This document shows positions 53,145-63,534 of a stretch of DNA of 64,000 nt, piece by piece. The position numbers were made by a program, and so were the translations under genes. How positions within the stretch are numbered: position 1 is the stretch's first letter; each line of letters begins with the position of its first letter. The notes under the pieces were generated by a model. It did not search any database, had not been told where the DNA came from, and was given only the letters and a program-made list of their open reading frames with translations. The stretch comes from a virus, in IMG/VR virus record IMGVR_UViG_3300028536_000015, positions 9,365 to 73,364 of that record, one strand, 5' to 3'.

Positions 53145-56095
53145 TGCGCACCCAGCATATCAAGATGCCCAGTAAGCCAATAGCTAGCAGTGTTTCCGTA
53201 ATGTTTATTAAATCCAGCAACAACCGCAGGATCATGAGGATGCTCTTTCAGGATTTTAACGGCTTCAGGTAGCTGCTCGGAAGCTTTCCTGTTCGGCAGG
53301 TTCTCCATCATGGAGCGCACAATATAACGATCGACAGGATTTTGTTTCTGGAATGCTTGTTCCCATCCAGTCGGAATGCCTTTGTTCTCTTTGATGTAAT
53401 TTTCATAAAAAGCATGCTTGTCGCGGGTGTACTGTAACTGAGAGTCATAACCAGCCAGAAGTCTCAGCATGCCAAGTGGGCTTTGCGTCAAGCCAGGAGT
53501 GGACTCGATGCCGACTTGCTGACCCGCAAAAGCCTCGCGAGAACTCAGGTTAGACGCAAACAGCATACCAAGGGTGCGCTGATCCTTTGAGATCACTTCC
53601 ATGGCTGCAAGTTTCTCAGGATCGATCGCAGGAGGCTTTCCAGCAGCGCGAGCCGCTTCGTTGAGCGATCGCGCATAACGAATACGCTCATCGACGTTAT
53701 TGCCGCGCATGGTAGCTATCTTGGTCAAGAACCCATCAGAGTCCGCGTCCTTCATAAGTTTGCCGAACTGCTGTTTGCTCTGCTGAACAAGAATATCTTC
53801 GTTGCCCATGTTGTTGGCTTCTTTGGTATGAAGCGTTGTTACATGGTTATTCTCAGCGTTAGCTTGCGTAAGCGCGGGAGAGCCTTTGCGATAGTTCGAA
53901 GTGTCTACTTTAGGCGGAACAAGATTGCTGGCCAGTTGAGGTTCTCTCATCGGAGAGACTTCGGCAGGTGTAGATATCCCACTTGGTGTATTGTCTGGAG
54001 ATATCTTGCTGGTACTGTCAGAAGGCTTTCCAGGATCAGTAAGAGAGCCGTTTGCAACGGTACCGTCAGGATTGACAACCTTTGTTTCACCAGTGGTCTT
54101 ATTGTAGAGCGTCTTGCTGCCATCCACGGGATTCTCATTGATGGTCATCCATCCGCGTAGACCCAAAAGCTGGGCCTGCATCTGAATTTGTTGTTTGCGG
54201 ACATCGATTTCTTGTTTCTGGTATGGCGTCATCCTTTCGTATTGATCGCGATGGAACTGGGCCTGCTGAGCAAGCTGCTTGGCTTTCTGATTAACGCCTT
54301 CTTCGGTCGCAAGGTCCTTGCGCTGTTGTTCAAGTGTCTGCACGCCAGCCTGTAGACCCTTGCCGATATTCACGCCAGCAAACGGAGACGTGCCGGCCAT
54401 CATCGCAAAGCCCGCATTCATCAGCGCCGTCCAAGGACTTTTTGCAAAGTTCCTAGATGTATCGTGAACCTGATCCAGATCAGGGTAAGGTAACTTTTGA
54501 TCGAGGCTTGTGGTGGTATCTTGAGGAGGAGGCGGCGGTGGTGGGGCTCTCATAGGTCCGCCAGCGCCAGGAGCGCCCATTCCCGGTCCACCAGCGACTT
54601 CCTGCGGAGGAGGCAACGGTGGCGCTTGCTGAGGCGGTTGACCCTGACCAGAAGTCATATTGCCCATCATCTTGCCGTCAGGACCAAACACAGGAGGCTG
54701 CTCAGCCGGCGGTCCCGCAGCCATAGGCTGTTGAGGAGGAGGGGACGGCGGCATTGGCGTGTGGGGATTATTGCCGCCAATCGGATAGGCTCCAGCGCCC
54801 TGCAAATAATGGTTCTGCGCCATGGCCAGGGGCATTTCGCCCATGGCCGATGAAGCATCTGCGGCTTCGTTCTCAAACGGGTTCCCGCCATCCGCAAATG
54901 TTTGAACGCCCAGGTTGGGATTGACCATGCCGCCCTGGCTGAGGAACATCGGGGCGATCTGCATCACCATTTTACCGATATCGCCCGCGCTCGGACCGGA
55001 ACTCGCGGCTGATTGAGAAGGAGGATTGAGGTTCAGCAGTGGATGGCTACCACTAGAGGCGACCTTCATGTCAGGAACAATGGGATCGGACTCCATCCAG
55101 TCGGGATTACCCATGGAACTACCAGCAGAGCCACCAGCCGCGTATCCAACGGCGCCGCCACGGGCACTGAGGGGAGCGCCACCGACCGATGTGGGACCTA
55201 CGGAACCTGGAATAGACGACCCTGGATACAAAGCCGATGGGCTACTGTTGAACGCACCAAGGCCGCCAGCCAAGCCAGCGGCGCCTACGCCTGCACCAAG
55301 TAATTGGCTCCACATGCTCGGAGCGGGCGCGGTGGTCGTTCCCTGCCCTGTTGTAGTGCCACCCATGGCACCAGACAGGCCGCCCGTGATGCCCGCAAGG
55401 TACTGCGCAGTCTGAAACGGATACGCAAGCTGCGCAAGTTGGTTCTGATACGGCGCATTGAGCTGAGCCTGTTGCTGAGCCTGCTGCTGATTGCCAGACG
55501 CAAGCAGGGCGCCAGTTCCTTGCATATTCGCGCCCAGAACAGATGTTCCCAGGTTGGTCATGCCGTAGCCGGCATTGGCCGTCATCTGCTGTTGCTGCTG
55601 AGCCGCGTTTAGGGCGCTCTGATAAATCCCAGAAGCGGTCTGGCCTGTGGCCAAGTTCTGCTGCCGGGCCAATTCACCCTGGGCAACGCCAATACGGTCA
55701 GCGCCGACACCACCTGCGGTCTGCGTAGACCTACCAGTCAAATCCTGCATCTGTTGGCCCTGCGATTCTTGCAGGTTCGCCATGACGGCAGATGCATATG
55801 GATTATAATAATTGCTGATCTGTTGCCCGGTCAGGGGCTGTGCGCTGGATTGAATGTCTTGCTGAGCCTGATTATAATAGGGCTGAGCCGAGCCTTGTAA
55901 GTTCTGGTATTGCTGAAAGGCTTGATTTTGAGTCGGGTTAAACCCAGCAACTGGCGCTACTGGCAGATTAAAGGGCGTATTCGCAGCGTTCGTGGCCATG
56001 TTAATAGCCTGCGTGCCCGCGCCAGAAATAGCCGGGTTCGCAGAGTATGTCTGAGATTGATTTGTGGTTGTAGTGTTACTTCCTTTCGACCCCAA
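53141..56095 (-). CDS. Putative DNA transfer/ejection protein
   Basis: MGSKG...TTT start, YYNPY, Gln/Gly-rich, xxGG motifs. Confidence 0.7.
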   Translation of the reverse strand: MGSKGSNTTTTNQSQTYSANPAISGAGTQAINMATNAANTPFNLPVAPVAGFNPTQNQAFQQYQNLQGSAQPYYNQAQQDIQSSAQPLTGQQISNYYNPYASAVMANLQESQGQQMQDLTGRSTQTAGGVGADRIGVAQGELARQQNLATGQTASGIYQSALNAAQQQQQMTANAGYGMTNLGTSVLGANMQGTGALLASGNQQQAQQQAQLNAPYQNQLAQLAYPFQTAQYLAGITGGLSGAMGGTTTGQGTTTAPAPSMWSQLLGAGVGAAGLAGGLGAFNSSPSALYPGSSIPGSVGPTSVGGAPLSARGGAVGYAAGGSAGSSMGNPDWMESDPIVPDMKVASSGSHPLLNLNPPSQSAASSGPSAGDIGKMVMQIAPMFLSQGGMVNPNLGVQTFADGGNPFENEAADASSAMGEMPLAMAQNHYLQGAGAYPIGGNNPHTPMPPSPPPQQPMAAGPPAEQPPVFGPDGKMMGNMTSGQGQPPQQAPPLPPPQEVAGGPGMGAPGAGGPMRAPPPPPPPQDTTTSLDQKLPYPDLDQVHDTSRNFAKSPWTALMNAGFAMMAGTSPFAGVNIGKGLQAGVQTLEQQRKDLATEEGVNQKAKQLAQQAQFHRDQYERMTPYQKQEIDVRKQQIQMQAQLLGLRGWMTINENPVDGSKTLYNKTTGETKVVNPDGTVANGSLTDPGKPSDSTSKISPDNTPSGISTPAEVSPMREPQLASNLVPPKVDTSNYRKGSPALTQANAENNHVTTLHTKEANNMGNEDILVQQSKQQFGKLMKDADSDGFLTKIATMRGNNVDERIRYARSLNEAARAAGKPPAIDPEKLAAMEVISKDQRTLGMLFASNLSSREAFAGQQVGIESTPGLTQSPLGMLRLLAGYDSQLQYTRDKHAFYENYIKENKGIPTGWEQAFQKQNPVDRYIVRSMMENLPNRKASEQLPEAVKILKEHPHDPAVVAGFNKHYGNTASYWLTGHLDMLGAQ

Positions 56096-56110
56096 GTTGT
56101 ATATCCTCCT

Positions 56111-56650
56111 CTATCCCGGATTGAAGAATTCGCCATGAAGTTTTTGCGCAGTTTTAAGCGCGGCTTCATGGGCTTCTTTAGCGGTTACATGGAAGGATTG
56201 ATGAAGACGTTTACGACCTATACCCATAGCTCTGGGAGCGCATATTTCAGCGCACCATAAGCCTCTCTGCTTACAAAAATGAACCCACTTAAATCCAGAT
56301 TTGTTATTGCTCTGTATCTTCTTGTTGGTTCGATTTTGCGATACAGTTACTTCTCGCAGGTTTTCAATTCGGTTATCAGATCGATCGCCATTAATATGGT
56401 CGATTTCTCCTTTCGGCCAAGCGCCAGTGGCCCAAACCCATACAAGATGGTGAGCGCGTATCTTATGATATTTTTTATTTCCCAAAGGGAAGCTTACAAG
56501 ACGGTAGCCATTCCATGCAGTCCAACTGGCATCAAGCCAATTGCCACCGCGAGATAGGCGCCTAACATCTCCAGTCTCAGGCGTAACCTGGAACTGAGCC
56601 TCCAACATAGAGCCGGTTATTTCAATGCCCAATTTGGGTTTCCCAAGCAC
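56111..56650 (-). CDS. HNH homing endonuclease
   Basis: AHHLVW, IDHINGDRSDNRIENLRE, NNKSGFK. Confidence 0.9.
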   Translation of the reverse strand: MLGKPKLGIEITGSMLEAQFQVTPETGDVRRLSRGGNWLDASWTAWNGYRLVSFPLGNKKYHKIRAHHLVWVWATGAWPKGEIDHINGDRSDNRIENLREVTVSQNRTNKKIQSNNKSGFKWVHFCKQRGLWCAEICAPRAMGIGRKRLHQSFHVTAKEAHEAALKTAQKLHGEFFNPG

Positions 56651-56682
56651 TCCCTCAGATAATCCCCATGCGTTTTATACAG

Positions 56683-57237
56683 TTAGGCTCGCTTTGCCGC
56701 AAGCCACGACTCTTTCTCCATATTGTGGTTCTTGCGCTTAACGTCCGTGTCTCCAATCGGGTACAAAAAGAAAGCCCCAATGCGTGGTAGATATCGATCA
56801 TAGAGCCTGATCTTGGCGGCGGTTCTGTCGTTTGACATGATGCCGGTAACTAACTTTATGTCCAGTTCGTCAGCCATATTCTTCATCCACTGGATACAAG
56901 CCTTGGCATGTTCTGAAGCTCGATATTCAGGGTCTACATAAACGATCAATTCTTCAAGGTGAATTTGCTCCGAATACCAGTAACTTCCCAGGATAACAAA
57001 AACGATGGCTTCTAGTTTCCCAGGGCTGCCTATGACGCCGATTTGGCCGCGTGGCCCGTTGTCGTTGCTCATGACTTGATCTGGATAGATGGCGCGGTTC
57101 AGATAGTAATCGACTTTTTGGGGGGCTAACTTGAAAATGCCATTGTCTCGATGCCCCATCAGAAACAGGCGCCATATTTCCGGAATATCAGCCGCGATGG
57201 CCTTGCGAACGAGAGAAGGAGATGGCTTGATGGTCAT
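56683..57237 (-). CDS. GNAT-fold protein of the tail module
   Basis: VRKA...DIPEI, YVDPEYR, K.RLY motifs; precedes the ejection gene. Confidence 0.7.
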   Translation of the reverse strand: MTIKPSPSLVRKAIAADIPEIWRLFLMGHRDNGIFKLAPQKVDYYLNRAIYPDQVMSNDNGPRGQIGVIGSPGKLEAIVFVILGSYWYSEQIHLEELIVYVDPEYRASEHAKACIQWMKNMADELDIKLVTGIMSNDRTAAKIRLYDRYLPRIGAFFLYPIGDTDVKRKNHNMEKESWLAAKRA

Positions 57238-57782
57238 GCAGCTCTCCGGAATTCGCCATGGTATTTTTCTTCTGCGGAGATGCGAGCCGCTATAGCATCA
57301 TTCATGTCATTAAAGTACCCAAGGTGTGTCCACTTGCCATTAGCTTTTATATAAGCTCGATATTTTTGCTTTTGTTCGTGCCAACACACACCCTTTCGAA
57401 CAGAAGATTTTTTGTGGATTATTTTTGAATTGAAGCAATTTTCTTGTTGGGTGCATTCCCTCAAATTCAAGATACTATTGTTGGATGGATTACCATCTTT
57501 GTGATCAAGATATCCCTCTGGCCACGCGCCGGTCATATAGAGCCACGCCAACCGATGGGCTAGATAGAGTTTATCAAGAACTCGAACATGAATGTATCCT
57601 AGATCATCAGTCCAGCCCATAATCTTACCATGCTTAACCGATCGCTTAGTTTTAGCTCTGGAAAAATTTCCAGAGTTTGGATCGTAAACGACTCTAGTCT
57701 TCAAAATATCCTGAGTAAGATTTGGGAACTTACCGCTATATGTTGCGGCATATCTTTTTTTAGGGATCACGCCTCTTGGCAT
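57234..57782 (-). CDS. HNH homing endonuclease with AP2-like domain
   Basis: AHRLAWLYMTG, LDHKDG..SNN...NLRE, HLGYF. Confidence 0.9.
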   Translation of the reverse strand: MPRGVIPKKRYAATYSGKFPNLTQDILKTRVVYDPNSGNFSRAKTKRSVKHGKIMGWTDDLGYIHVRVLDKLYLAHRLAWLYMTGAWPEGYLDHKDGNPSNNSILNLRECTQQENCFNSKIIHKKSSVRKGVCWHEQKQKYRAYIKANGKWTHLGYFNDMNDAIAARISAEEKYHGEFRRAA

Positions 57783-59863
57783 CAGTTTTGCTTCGGTCCT
57801 GGGAGAGATTGAAGTGTTTTTACATGCTCCTTCCTAACATGCTTAACGAATGCGTCAAGGACGGCCCAGCCCTTTTTCATATCACCACCCCCAATCGCAG
57901 CTACTGCGTGTGGATGCACCACGTACTCACCTCCGGCTGCAATTATTTTGGCGGTGTTAGTATCCCCTCCATCCGTAAAGCCTAACTTAGATACTTTAGA
58001 TAAAGAAGATAGTCTGCGCATCTTTACTGGACCAGAACCACTATGTGATCTGGGTAAATTCATGCCGTATGGACCTTTGTTAAAAATCCGATCCAAAATG
58101 GTTCCTCCAGCCATGGTATTGCCCTGGCCCAGCGCGCTGGGAATGTCGGCAGGAAGCACATAGGAGCCTCCAGGGACGTTCAGTGGTATCTTGTCAGTAC
58201 GCCCAGGGATTGCGGATTTAAGCATCCCAGAGCTTCCCCTGGCCTCGCTGCGCACAAACCAGGGAGGATTAGGAAGACCGCCCGCAGCCATATGTGTCCT
58301 GCCTCCGCTCTTGCGCCATTGAAGGCCGCGTGTGACACTCTCAGTATCTTCAGGATGTATCTGATATTTATATCCCTTAGCGCGTCTATCTTGAACATTT
58401 CGCGCCTCAGTCTCACCGGAATTGCGCTCATAAGTAGAATGTTCAGCGCGCTCCCTAGCGGCATTTTCTGGCGTTAGCTGATATGATCTTTTAGCCTGTT
58501 CTTTAGCTAGGTCTTCATGCCAACTGGGAATAGCAAATGAACCCTCCTCTTGAGGAAAGAGTTCATGACTATGTTCAGCTCGTCCAGAAACGGCACCAGG
58601 ATTTGAACCTCCTGAAAAACCTTCTCTATGTTGAATTGCATGTTGCATCTCATGAAGAGCGTAACTTACACTCTTTGGATCGTCAGGATGAGCAATACCA
58701 ATCACTCCCCTCTTTGGATCAAAAGCTGCGCTGGCGCCCATTATTTGTAGTTCTGGCGCATACTCTATCGGAGGCACACCATAAATTTTGTGGAAATCTC
58801 CCGCCGGATGCACGAGTTCGTATTTATCCTTTAGCCCTTTAATTGGCTGGAGACTCGCGCCAAGATCGGATATCTCTTTGCGCGGTTTCATATCAGCGCC
58901 AAAAGACCAGCCGGATTTCGGGAAGACATCTCGATCCTGGAAATTGCCCGCAGCAGCGCGCGACTCAAGAGTACTCCTGGCTTGGGCATCTCTTAAGTCT
59001 TGCTGCATACCAGCATAAATATCCCGGAACTTCGGGTTCATCTTCTCGCTGGCTTCTTTGATAGCTTCTCCGACCACGGGATGTGCCATAGTTGGCTTGC
59101 CAGCGGCACGAGCTTCCTGTCGTAACATATGTGCGCCATAGGGACCCACAAAGACACCAGAAATCCCAGGAGTGGGTCTAACGCCAGCATTACCCAGCCC
59201 CTGGAGAGCTGTCTCCATAGCCGGCCCAATAGACTTTTTCTGATATCCCTCCTCGCCAAGATGACTTACGTCCTGGGCGCTGGCATCGATGGCGCGCTGA
59301 GGAATCGAGGCCAATGTGTCGATCTTATGCTTGACGTAGGGGTTAACGAAGGTCTCAGGCGACATGGCGGCCTGATCTGACGAATTGAAGATATCGTCAG
59401 TAGTAGCGCCACCGTCTGCCTTCATGTCGTAATCAACGATGTTCCCGGCGTCGTTATAGATATTTCTATGGTCTTTGTTGGTTCGCATTCCCTGCATCAT
59501 ATTTTCCGGAGTCATAAGGCTGGGATCGTTTTGTTGGGGGTTCATCAACATCTGGGCAAATCCTTGCGGATGATCCAGCATATTCAGGAAGCCCATCCCT
59601 CCCATACCCAGCATGCCGCCGCCGGCTTTCTTGAGGGGGCCGCCCTGTTTGTATCCCTTCCACGGTTTCTTGGACATCACGCCGCCGATCGAAGGTGGTA
59701 CGATCTTTCCAGCAACCTTGAGACCACCGCCAGCTTTCTTGCCGTATTTCCTTGCGGTCGAGAGCGCAGCAGCAATGGATTGATCCTGGGGATGACCAGC
59801 TCTCATCATTTCCCTTATATTGCTGGAAATCGCTGGTTTACTTCCTGATTTGATCAACGGCAT
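57782..59863 (-). CDS. Mosaic virion-associated protein with LPD23-like and zincin-like region
   Basis: GW.FGAD.K.R.EISD, LHEMQHAIQ..EGF..G, GETEARNVQ.R; multiple xxGG motifs. Confidence 0.65.
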   Translation of the reverse strand: MPLIKSGSKPAISSNIREMMRAGHPQDQSIAAALSTARKYGKKAGGGLKVAGKIVPPSIGGVMSKKPWKGYKQGGPLKKAGGGMLGMGGMGFLNMLDHPQGFAQMLMNPQQNDPSLMTPENMMQGMRTNKDHRNIYNDAGNIVDYDMKADGGATTDDIFNSSDQAAMSPETFVNPYVKHKIDTLASIPQRAIDASAQDVSHLGEEGYQKKSIGPAMETALQGLGNAGVRPTPGISGVFVGPYGAHMLRQEARAAGKPTMAHPVVGEAIKEASEKMNPKFRDIYAGMQQDLRDAQARSTLESRAAAGNFQDRDVFPKSGWSFGADMKPRKEISDLGASLQPIKGLKDKYELVHPAGDFHKIYGVPPIEYAPELQIMGASAAFDPKRGVIGIAHPDDPKSVSYALHEMQHAIQHREGFSGGSNPGAVSGRAEHSHELFPQEEGSFAIPSWHEDLAKEQAKRSYQLTPENAARERAEHSTYERNSGETEARNVQDRRAKGYKYQIHPEDTESVTRGLQWRKSGGRTHMAAGGLPNPPWFVRSEARGSSGMLKSAIPGRTDKIPLNVPGGSYVLPADIPSALGQGNTMAGGTILDRIFNKGPYGMNLPRSHSGSGPVKMRRLSSLSKVSKLGFTDGGDTNTAKIIAAGGEYVVHPHAVAAIGGGDMKKGWAVLDAFVKHVRKEHVKTLQSLPGPKQN

Positions 59864-60081
59864 CAGTACAATGCAATCTTGCCAGAGAACCCAGAAGAAG
59901 TGACTACCGTGATATAGCCCTTAGTCTGGCTTGAGCTGAAGGTGATGGCGCCAACTGACGATGGCGCTGTCGTGGACACAGCAGTGGCTCCAGGAAATAC
60001 CTGACTCAAGGTCTTGTTAACGGAGTTGAGAGCGACAACTCCGTTTTGGAGAGCTGAGATCAGATCGGTAATTGATGCCAT
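59863..60081 (-). CDS. Small tail-module protein
   Basis: Coupled on both sides. Confidence 0.6.
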   Translation of the reverse strand: MASITDLISALQNGVVALNSVNKTLSQVFPGATAVSTTAPSSVGAITFSSSQTKGYITVVTSSGFSGKIALY

Positions 60082-62102
60082 TAGCGTCTTCCATCCTGAG
60101 CAAATCGATATCTAAGGCGGCCAATGCGCCAAAAGGCGTCAAGGTCTATACCTTCGACCTTCATGCTCATCAGCCTACCACGAATGCGTGTGTTGATGAA
60201 CTCGGTATTCTTATTGAACGCATAGGGACCATACACTCTTGGTGTGTCACCGGGATAGTCCGTCGCAAAGAACGTCAGGGTCAGATTGGCGCTGGTGCCT
60301 CCAGGAAACGTCGTGAACTGCATGTCCGGTAATATCCAGTCTACGATGGCCATCTCATTGCCATCAGCGATAGACCAATAACCTGTCTGGAAGGACGTAT
60401 CGATCGGAAGCGTGCCCGCATTGTATCCGATCTCGTGTTGATAGATCGTCCCTGTTAGATCAGCGCCAATCGGATTGCCCAGCACCGTCACATCGATCCA
60501 GGCCGAACGGCCAAGAGTGCCATAGTCCCATTCGTTTTCTGTGGTGTTTAGCTTAGCATAGAGGGAATTCTCGCCATTGCCGCCTAGCGCCGGAAAGAAC
60601 CAGGAAATCTCGTTATACAGGCTGTTAACGGCGCAACGTACTTTCCCGATGTTAGCGATGTCCATGTTCTGGAAGACAAAGTTCCATACCGGACATGGTA
60701 CGGTCGCCACGCCTTGCTCGCTAAGAACAAAGAAATTATTGGGACCCATCCAATAAACATTGCCATTAAGAATACCGCAGGCGTGCTGTCCGACAAGGCC
60801 GCAACCAGAACCAATTCGGTTAAACCCGAATACAATCGGCTGACCAACGTTTTGCATGACGTAGACATCGATGTCGGTCCATATGATGCCTTGCTGGGCT
60901 GATTGGATGCCGCCCCTGATGATCGAACCCGTGGGAATACGAAACGACCCAGCCCAGGTCTGAGAGTTGACCGCAAAGTTGGTATAGTCCAATGCATCAG
61001 ACCATCTCACAACAAGAGGGTCTTTTACGCCGCTGCTCTGGATAGAGCCCCAGCATACGAGAATTTGCTGAGGTTGAGAGACGAAGATGCCGCCATTGAA
61101 AAACGGCGCTGTTGGAATAACACTGGCGTTCTGGAAGCCGCTATTGGCGGACCAGACATAAACAGGCCCTCCAGAGGGACACGCAAGCAGTGCCTCTCCC
61201 CAGTTCGACAGACTCCAGTCCGTCGCTGTGATAGGCGTGCCAGAACCCGCTGGCGCCGCGCTGCCTGTTCCAAAACCACCAAGGCCAAATGGTCCACCGC
61301 CGAAACCCAAGCTCGCAGGAGGACCCAGCGTATAATAATAGACCAACTCAGCCCGGCTGGAATTCATGGATGCCGTTGCAGCGCTGGTACCTTGCGTGGC
61401 CACACTGATATTAAAGCTGGTCGAGTCAATGATGCTTTGTATAGAGTAGGGCCCTTGGATGGTCACGCCGCCGATGCTGCTGGGCGCAATGAACTGCTGA
61501 AATATTCCCGTGATCATTGGGAAGTTGTTGTTGGGAAGAACAACTTTAACAATGGCGCTTCCAGAAGACACCGTAAATATCGGGAGAATTCCGCTCGACG
61601 TAACAGTCGTATTCGCTGGAACACTGGACAGGATAGTATAATTGCTCGAACCAAGAGCCGAATTGACGGGATAGGCGCCATTCAGAAGAAGATTGCTGAG
61701 CGCGATTGGAGTGTTAAAGTAAACAGTAGTAAAAACTGTGGCGCTGGAATTGGCGTCTACGATCGTGACGATATTGCTTCCGCTGGAAACAGAGAAATTA
61801 GGTGTAAAGTCGCTAATCCTAGTCTGAGGTGTAATGTCTGTATTAGCCCCAGATACGATCACAGAGAGCGATTGCGTAGCGCCAATGCCGAGATACTTAT
61901 TGGTGAGAAGTCCCTCCCAGCCGAAAAGCTCCTTGATCGTAGAACCTATCGCGACAGGATAATATTGGCTCCAGCCGCCGACCTTTTGCACCATTTGCTG
62001 CTGGTATCGAACATTATTCGCCGCCGAGATGCCAGCCTCGTTCTGCGATAGCGTCAACATTGTATTAACGCCAGGACGCAGATTTACAGAGGTCATCGGC
62101 AT
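60081..62102 (-). CDS. Tail nozzle/DNA stabilization protein (P22 gp10-like)
   Basis: RPGVN start, KVGGW, VRWSD, EISWFFP, RIRGR...WRIG..R...DGRR end. Confidence 0.75.
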   Translation of the reverse strand: MPMTSVNLRPGVNTMLTLSQNEAGISAANNVRYQQQMVQKVGGWSQYYPVAIGSTIKELFGWEGLLTNKYLGIGATQSLSVIVSGANTDITPQTRISDFTPNFSVSSGSNIVTIVDANSSATVFTTVYFNTPIALSNLLLNGAYPVNSALGSSNYTILSSVPANTTVTSSGILPIFTVSSGSAIVKVVLPNNNFPMITGIFQQFIAPSSIGGVTIQGPYSIQSIIDSTSFNISVATQGTSAATASMNSSRAELVYYYTLGPPASLGFGGGPFGLGGFGTGSAAPAGSGTPITATDWSLSNWGEALLACPSGGPVYVWSANSGFQNASVIPTAPFFNGGIFVSQPQQILVCWGSIQSSGVKDPLVVRWSDALDYTNFAVNSQTWAGSFRIPTGSIIRGGIQSAQQGIIWTDIDVYVMQNVGQPIVFGFNRIGSGCGLVGQHACGILNGNVYWMGPNNFFVLSEQGVATVPCPVWNFVFQNMDIANIGKVRCAVNSLYNEISWFFPALGGNGENSLYAKLNTTENEWDYGTLGRSAWIDVTVLGNPIGADLTGTIYQHEIGYNAGTLPIDTSFQTGYWSIADGNEMAIVDWILPDMQFTTFPGGTSANLTLTFFATDYPGDTPRVYGPYAFNKNTEFINTRIRGRLMSMKVEGIDLDAFWRIGRLRYRFAQDGRR

Positions 62103-62107
62103 GTGGG

Positions 62108-62827
62108 CTAAGCTCTCGGGGGCGTCGCTGGATTAGGAACTTGGGCCTGCCAAGCAGGGGCGGTATATTTTTTTCTTGCTTCTTCCATGTTGGCAGAAGC
62201 CAATAGTTTATCATACTGGCTATCCCATGAGACTGCCATTTGGGCGTTATCAGCCTGCGAACCGAAGTTCTTTTGATAACCAGACGCAAAGATCATCGAT
62301 GCCGCGATGAATAGATCAGGCAGCGTCTGAGTCAAGAATGTACTGGAATTGCTTACCGACAAAGCCAAAGGGCGCTGTGTTCCAACGATCTCTACGTTGT
62401 AGGATTGATCAGGACATGGCCCCAACGTGGCATATGTCGCTGTGGCCGGCGCGAAGAACTTGGGAACCCCGGTTCCGCTGGAGTTATTAGGATAAACCGT
62501 ATCGATGAACATCTTGGAGGCAACTTGGAGGGGAACGCGGGTTCCGTTCGACGAGAACGCAGTGACAGGCGTGATGACATTGATCTGATCTACAACCAGA
62601 AACGAACCTAGTGTCGTCGGATAGTTGAAGATACGCTGGTTGGCGACTACGTTGGTGCTAGTATCCGTAATGTACGTCGCGAGAAAATCTCCTTCTCGGT
62701 AAATCCTCTGCTCGGCGTAATCTATCATGCCGGGAAGCATGGTATTGAAGTTGGTGTCAGCCGTAGATGTGACCATCAAGTTGGTGATCTGAGCGATATA
62801 CGTTGTAAAATTAAGATCGCTTGCCAT
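62108..62827 (-). CDS. Head-tail adaptor-like protein
   Basis: IDYAEQRIYRE, G.PKFFA, GPCPD..Y.VE, PDL...AS motifs. Confidence 0.7.
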   Translation of the reverse strand: MASDLNFTTYIAQITNLMVTSTADTNFNTMLPGMIDYAEQRIYREGDFLATYITDTSTNVVANQRIFNYPTTLGSFLVVDQINVITPVTAFSSNGTRVPLQVASKMFIDTVYPNNSSGTGVPKFFAPATATYATLGPCPDQSYNVEIVGTQRPLALSVSNSSTFLTQTLPDLFIAASMIFASGYQKNFGSQADNAQMAVSWDSQYDKLLASANMEEARKKYTAPAWQAQVPNPATPPRA

Positions 62828-63534
62828 TATCCAGCCCTATATATCCGTAGCTGAGCGATAGAAACTGAGGATATTCCATCTCCCGTCAACAGGAACTGAT
62901 GATATAGATATCCCGTGGTCGGCGTAAGCGTCACATCGATGATTTCTCCGATCGAGCCAACCGTAACTCCGGTCGCCAACGTCGTGAACCCAACGGGCGT
63001 ATTAGAACCTTGAAAAGCCCATGTCACAGGTCCTGAGGCGACGAACTTGGCATTGTTGGGAGCAGTGGCAATGAACCTCGTAGCGGTTACCCCTTGCGTG
63101 GGATAAAGCAGTGACCAGTTCTTGCCGACTGAGTTATTGGCGCCTGAGATTGAGCCGGACAAGATGGCGCTGAACGCGAATGGTTTGTTGATGTTGGAAT
63201 CGAACGCAGCAGCCAACCCGCCACCTTGGATGAGGTTACCAATATTGAGACCGATTGTGTCTATGGGATTGTTATCAATATTGTATCTCTCAGGGCGAGG
63301 GTCATCCACGGGCTGAGGATCGGCCGGCAGAACAATCGTGCGAAGTTGTTCTTGTGGCGTATCGTAACAGTCATCGCAAACCAGCATGTTCTGGTTGACG
63401 GTCCTGGGACCAGCCCACTCATATTGCCATTTCAGGTCTGGCTTATTGTATAGGGCGCCGCACCTGTCACAAACCGCCCAAGCGACTGGATTGTGCGTTG
63501 AGACCTGAGCGCGGCCATGAGGGCGATAACTCAT
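62827..63534 (-). CDS. Virion-module protein with CxxC...CxxC N-terminus and beta-rich C-terminus
   Basis: CDRCG, VCDDCYD.PQ, DPQP..DPRP, FQGSN. Confidence 0.65.
   Translation of the reverse strand: MSYRPHGRAQVSTHNPVAWAVCDRCGALYNKPDLKWQYEWAGPRTVNQNMLVCDDCYDTPQEQLRTIVLPADPQPVDDPRPERYNIDNNPIDTIGLNIGNLIQGGGLAAAFDSNINKPFAFSAILSGSISGANNSVGKNWSLLYPTQGVTATRFIATAPNNAKFVASGPVTWAFQGSNTPVGFTTLATGVTVGSIGEIIDVTLTPTTGYLYHQFLLTGDGISSVSIAQLRIYRAG

Noticed and set aside
60903-62051. 382-aa plus-strand ORF, and similar ones such as 31320-32327 and 37077-37730
   Set aside because: These are antisense shadows of well-supported genes and show no recognisable motifs.
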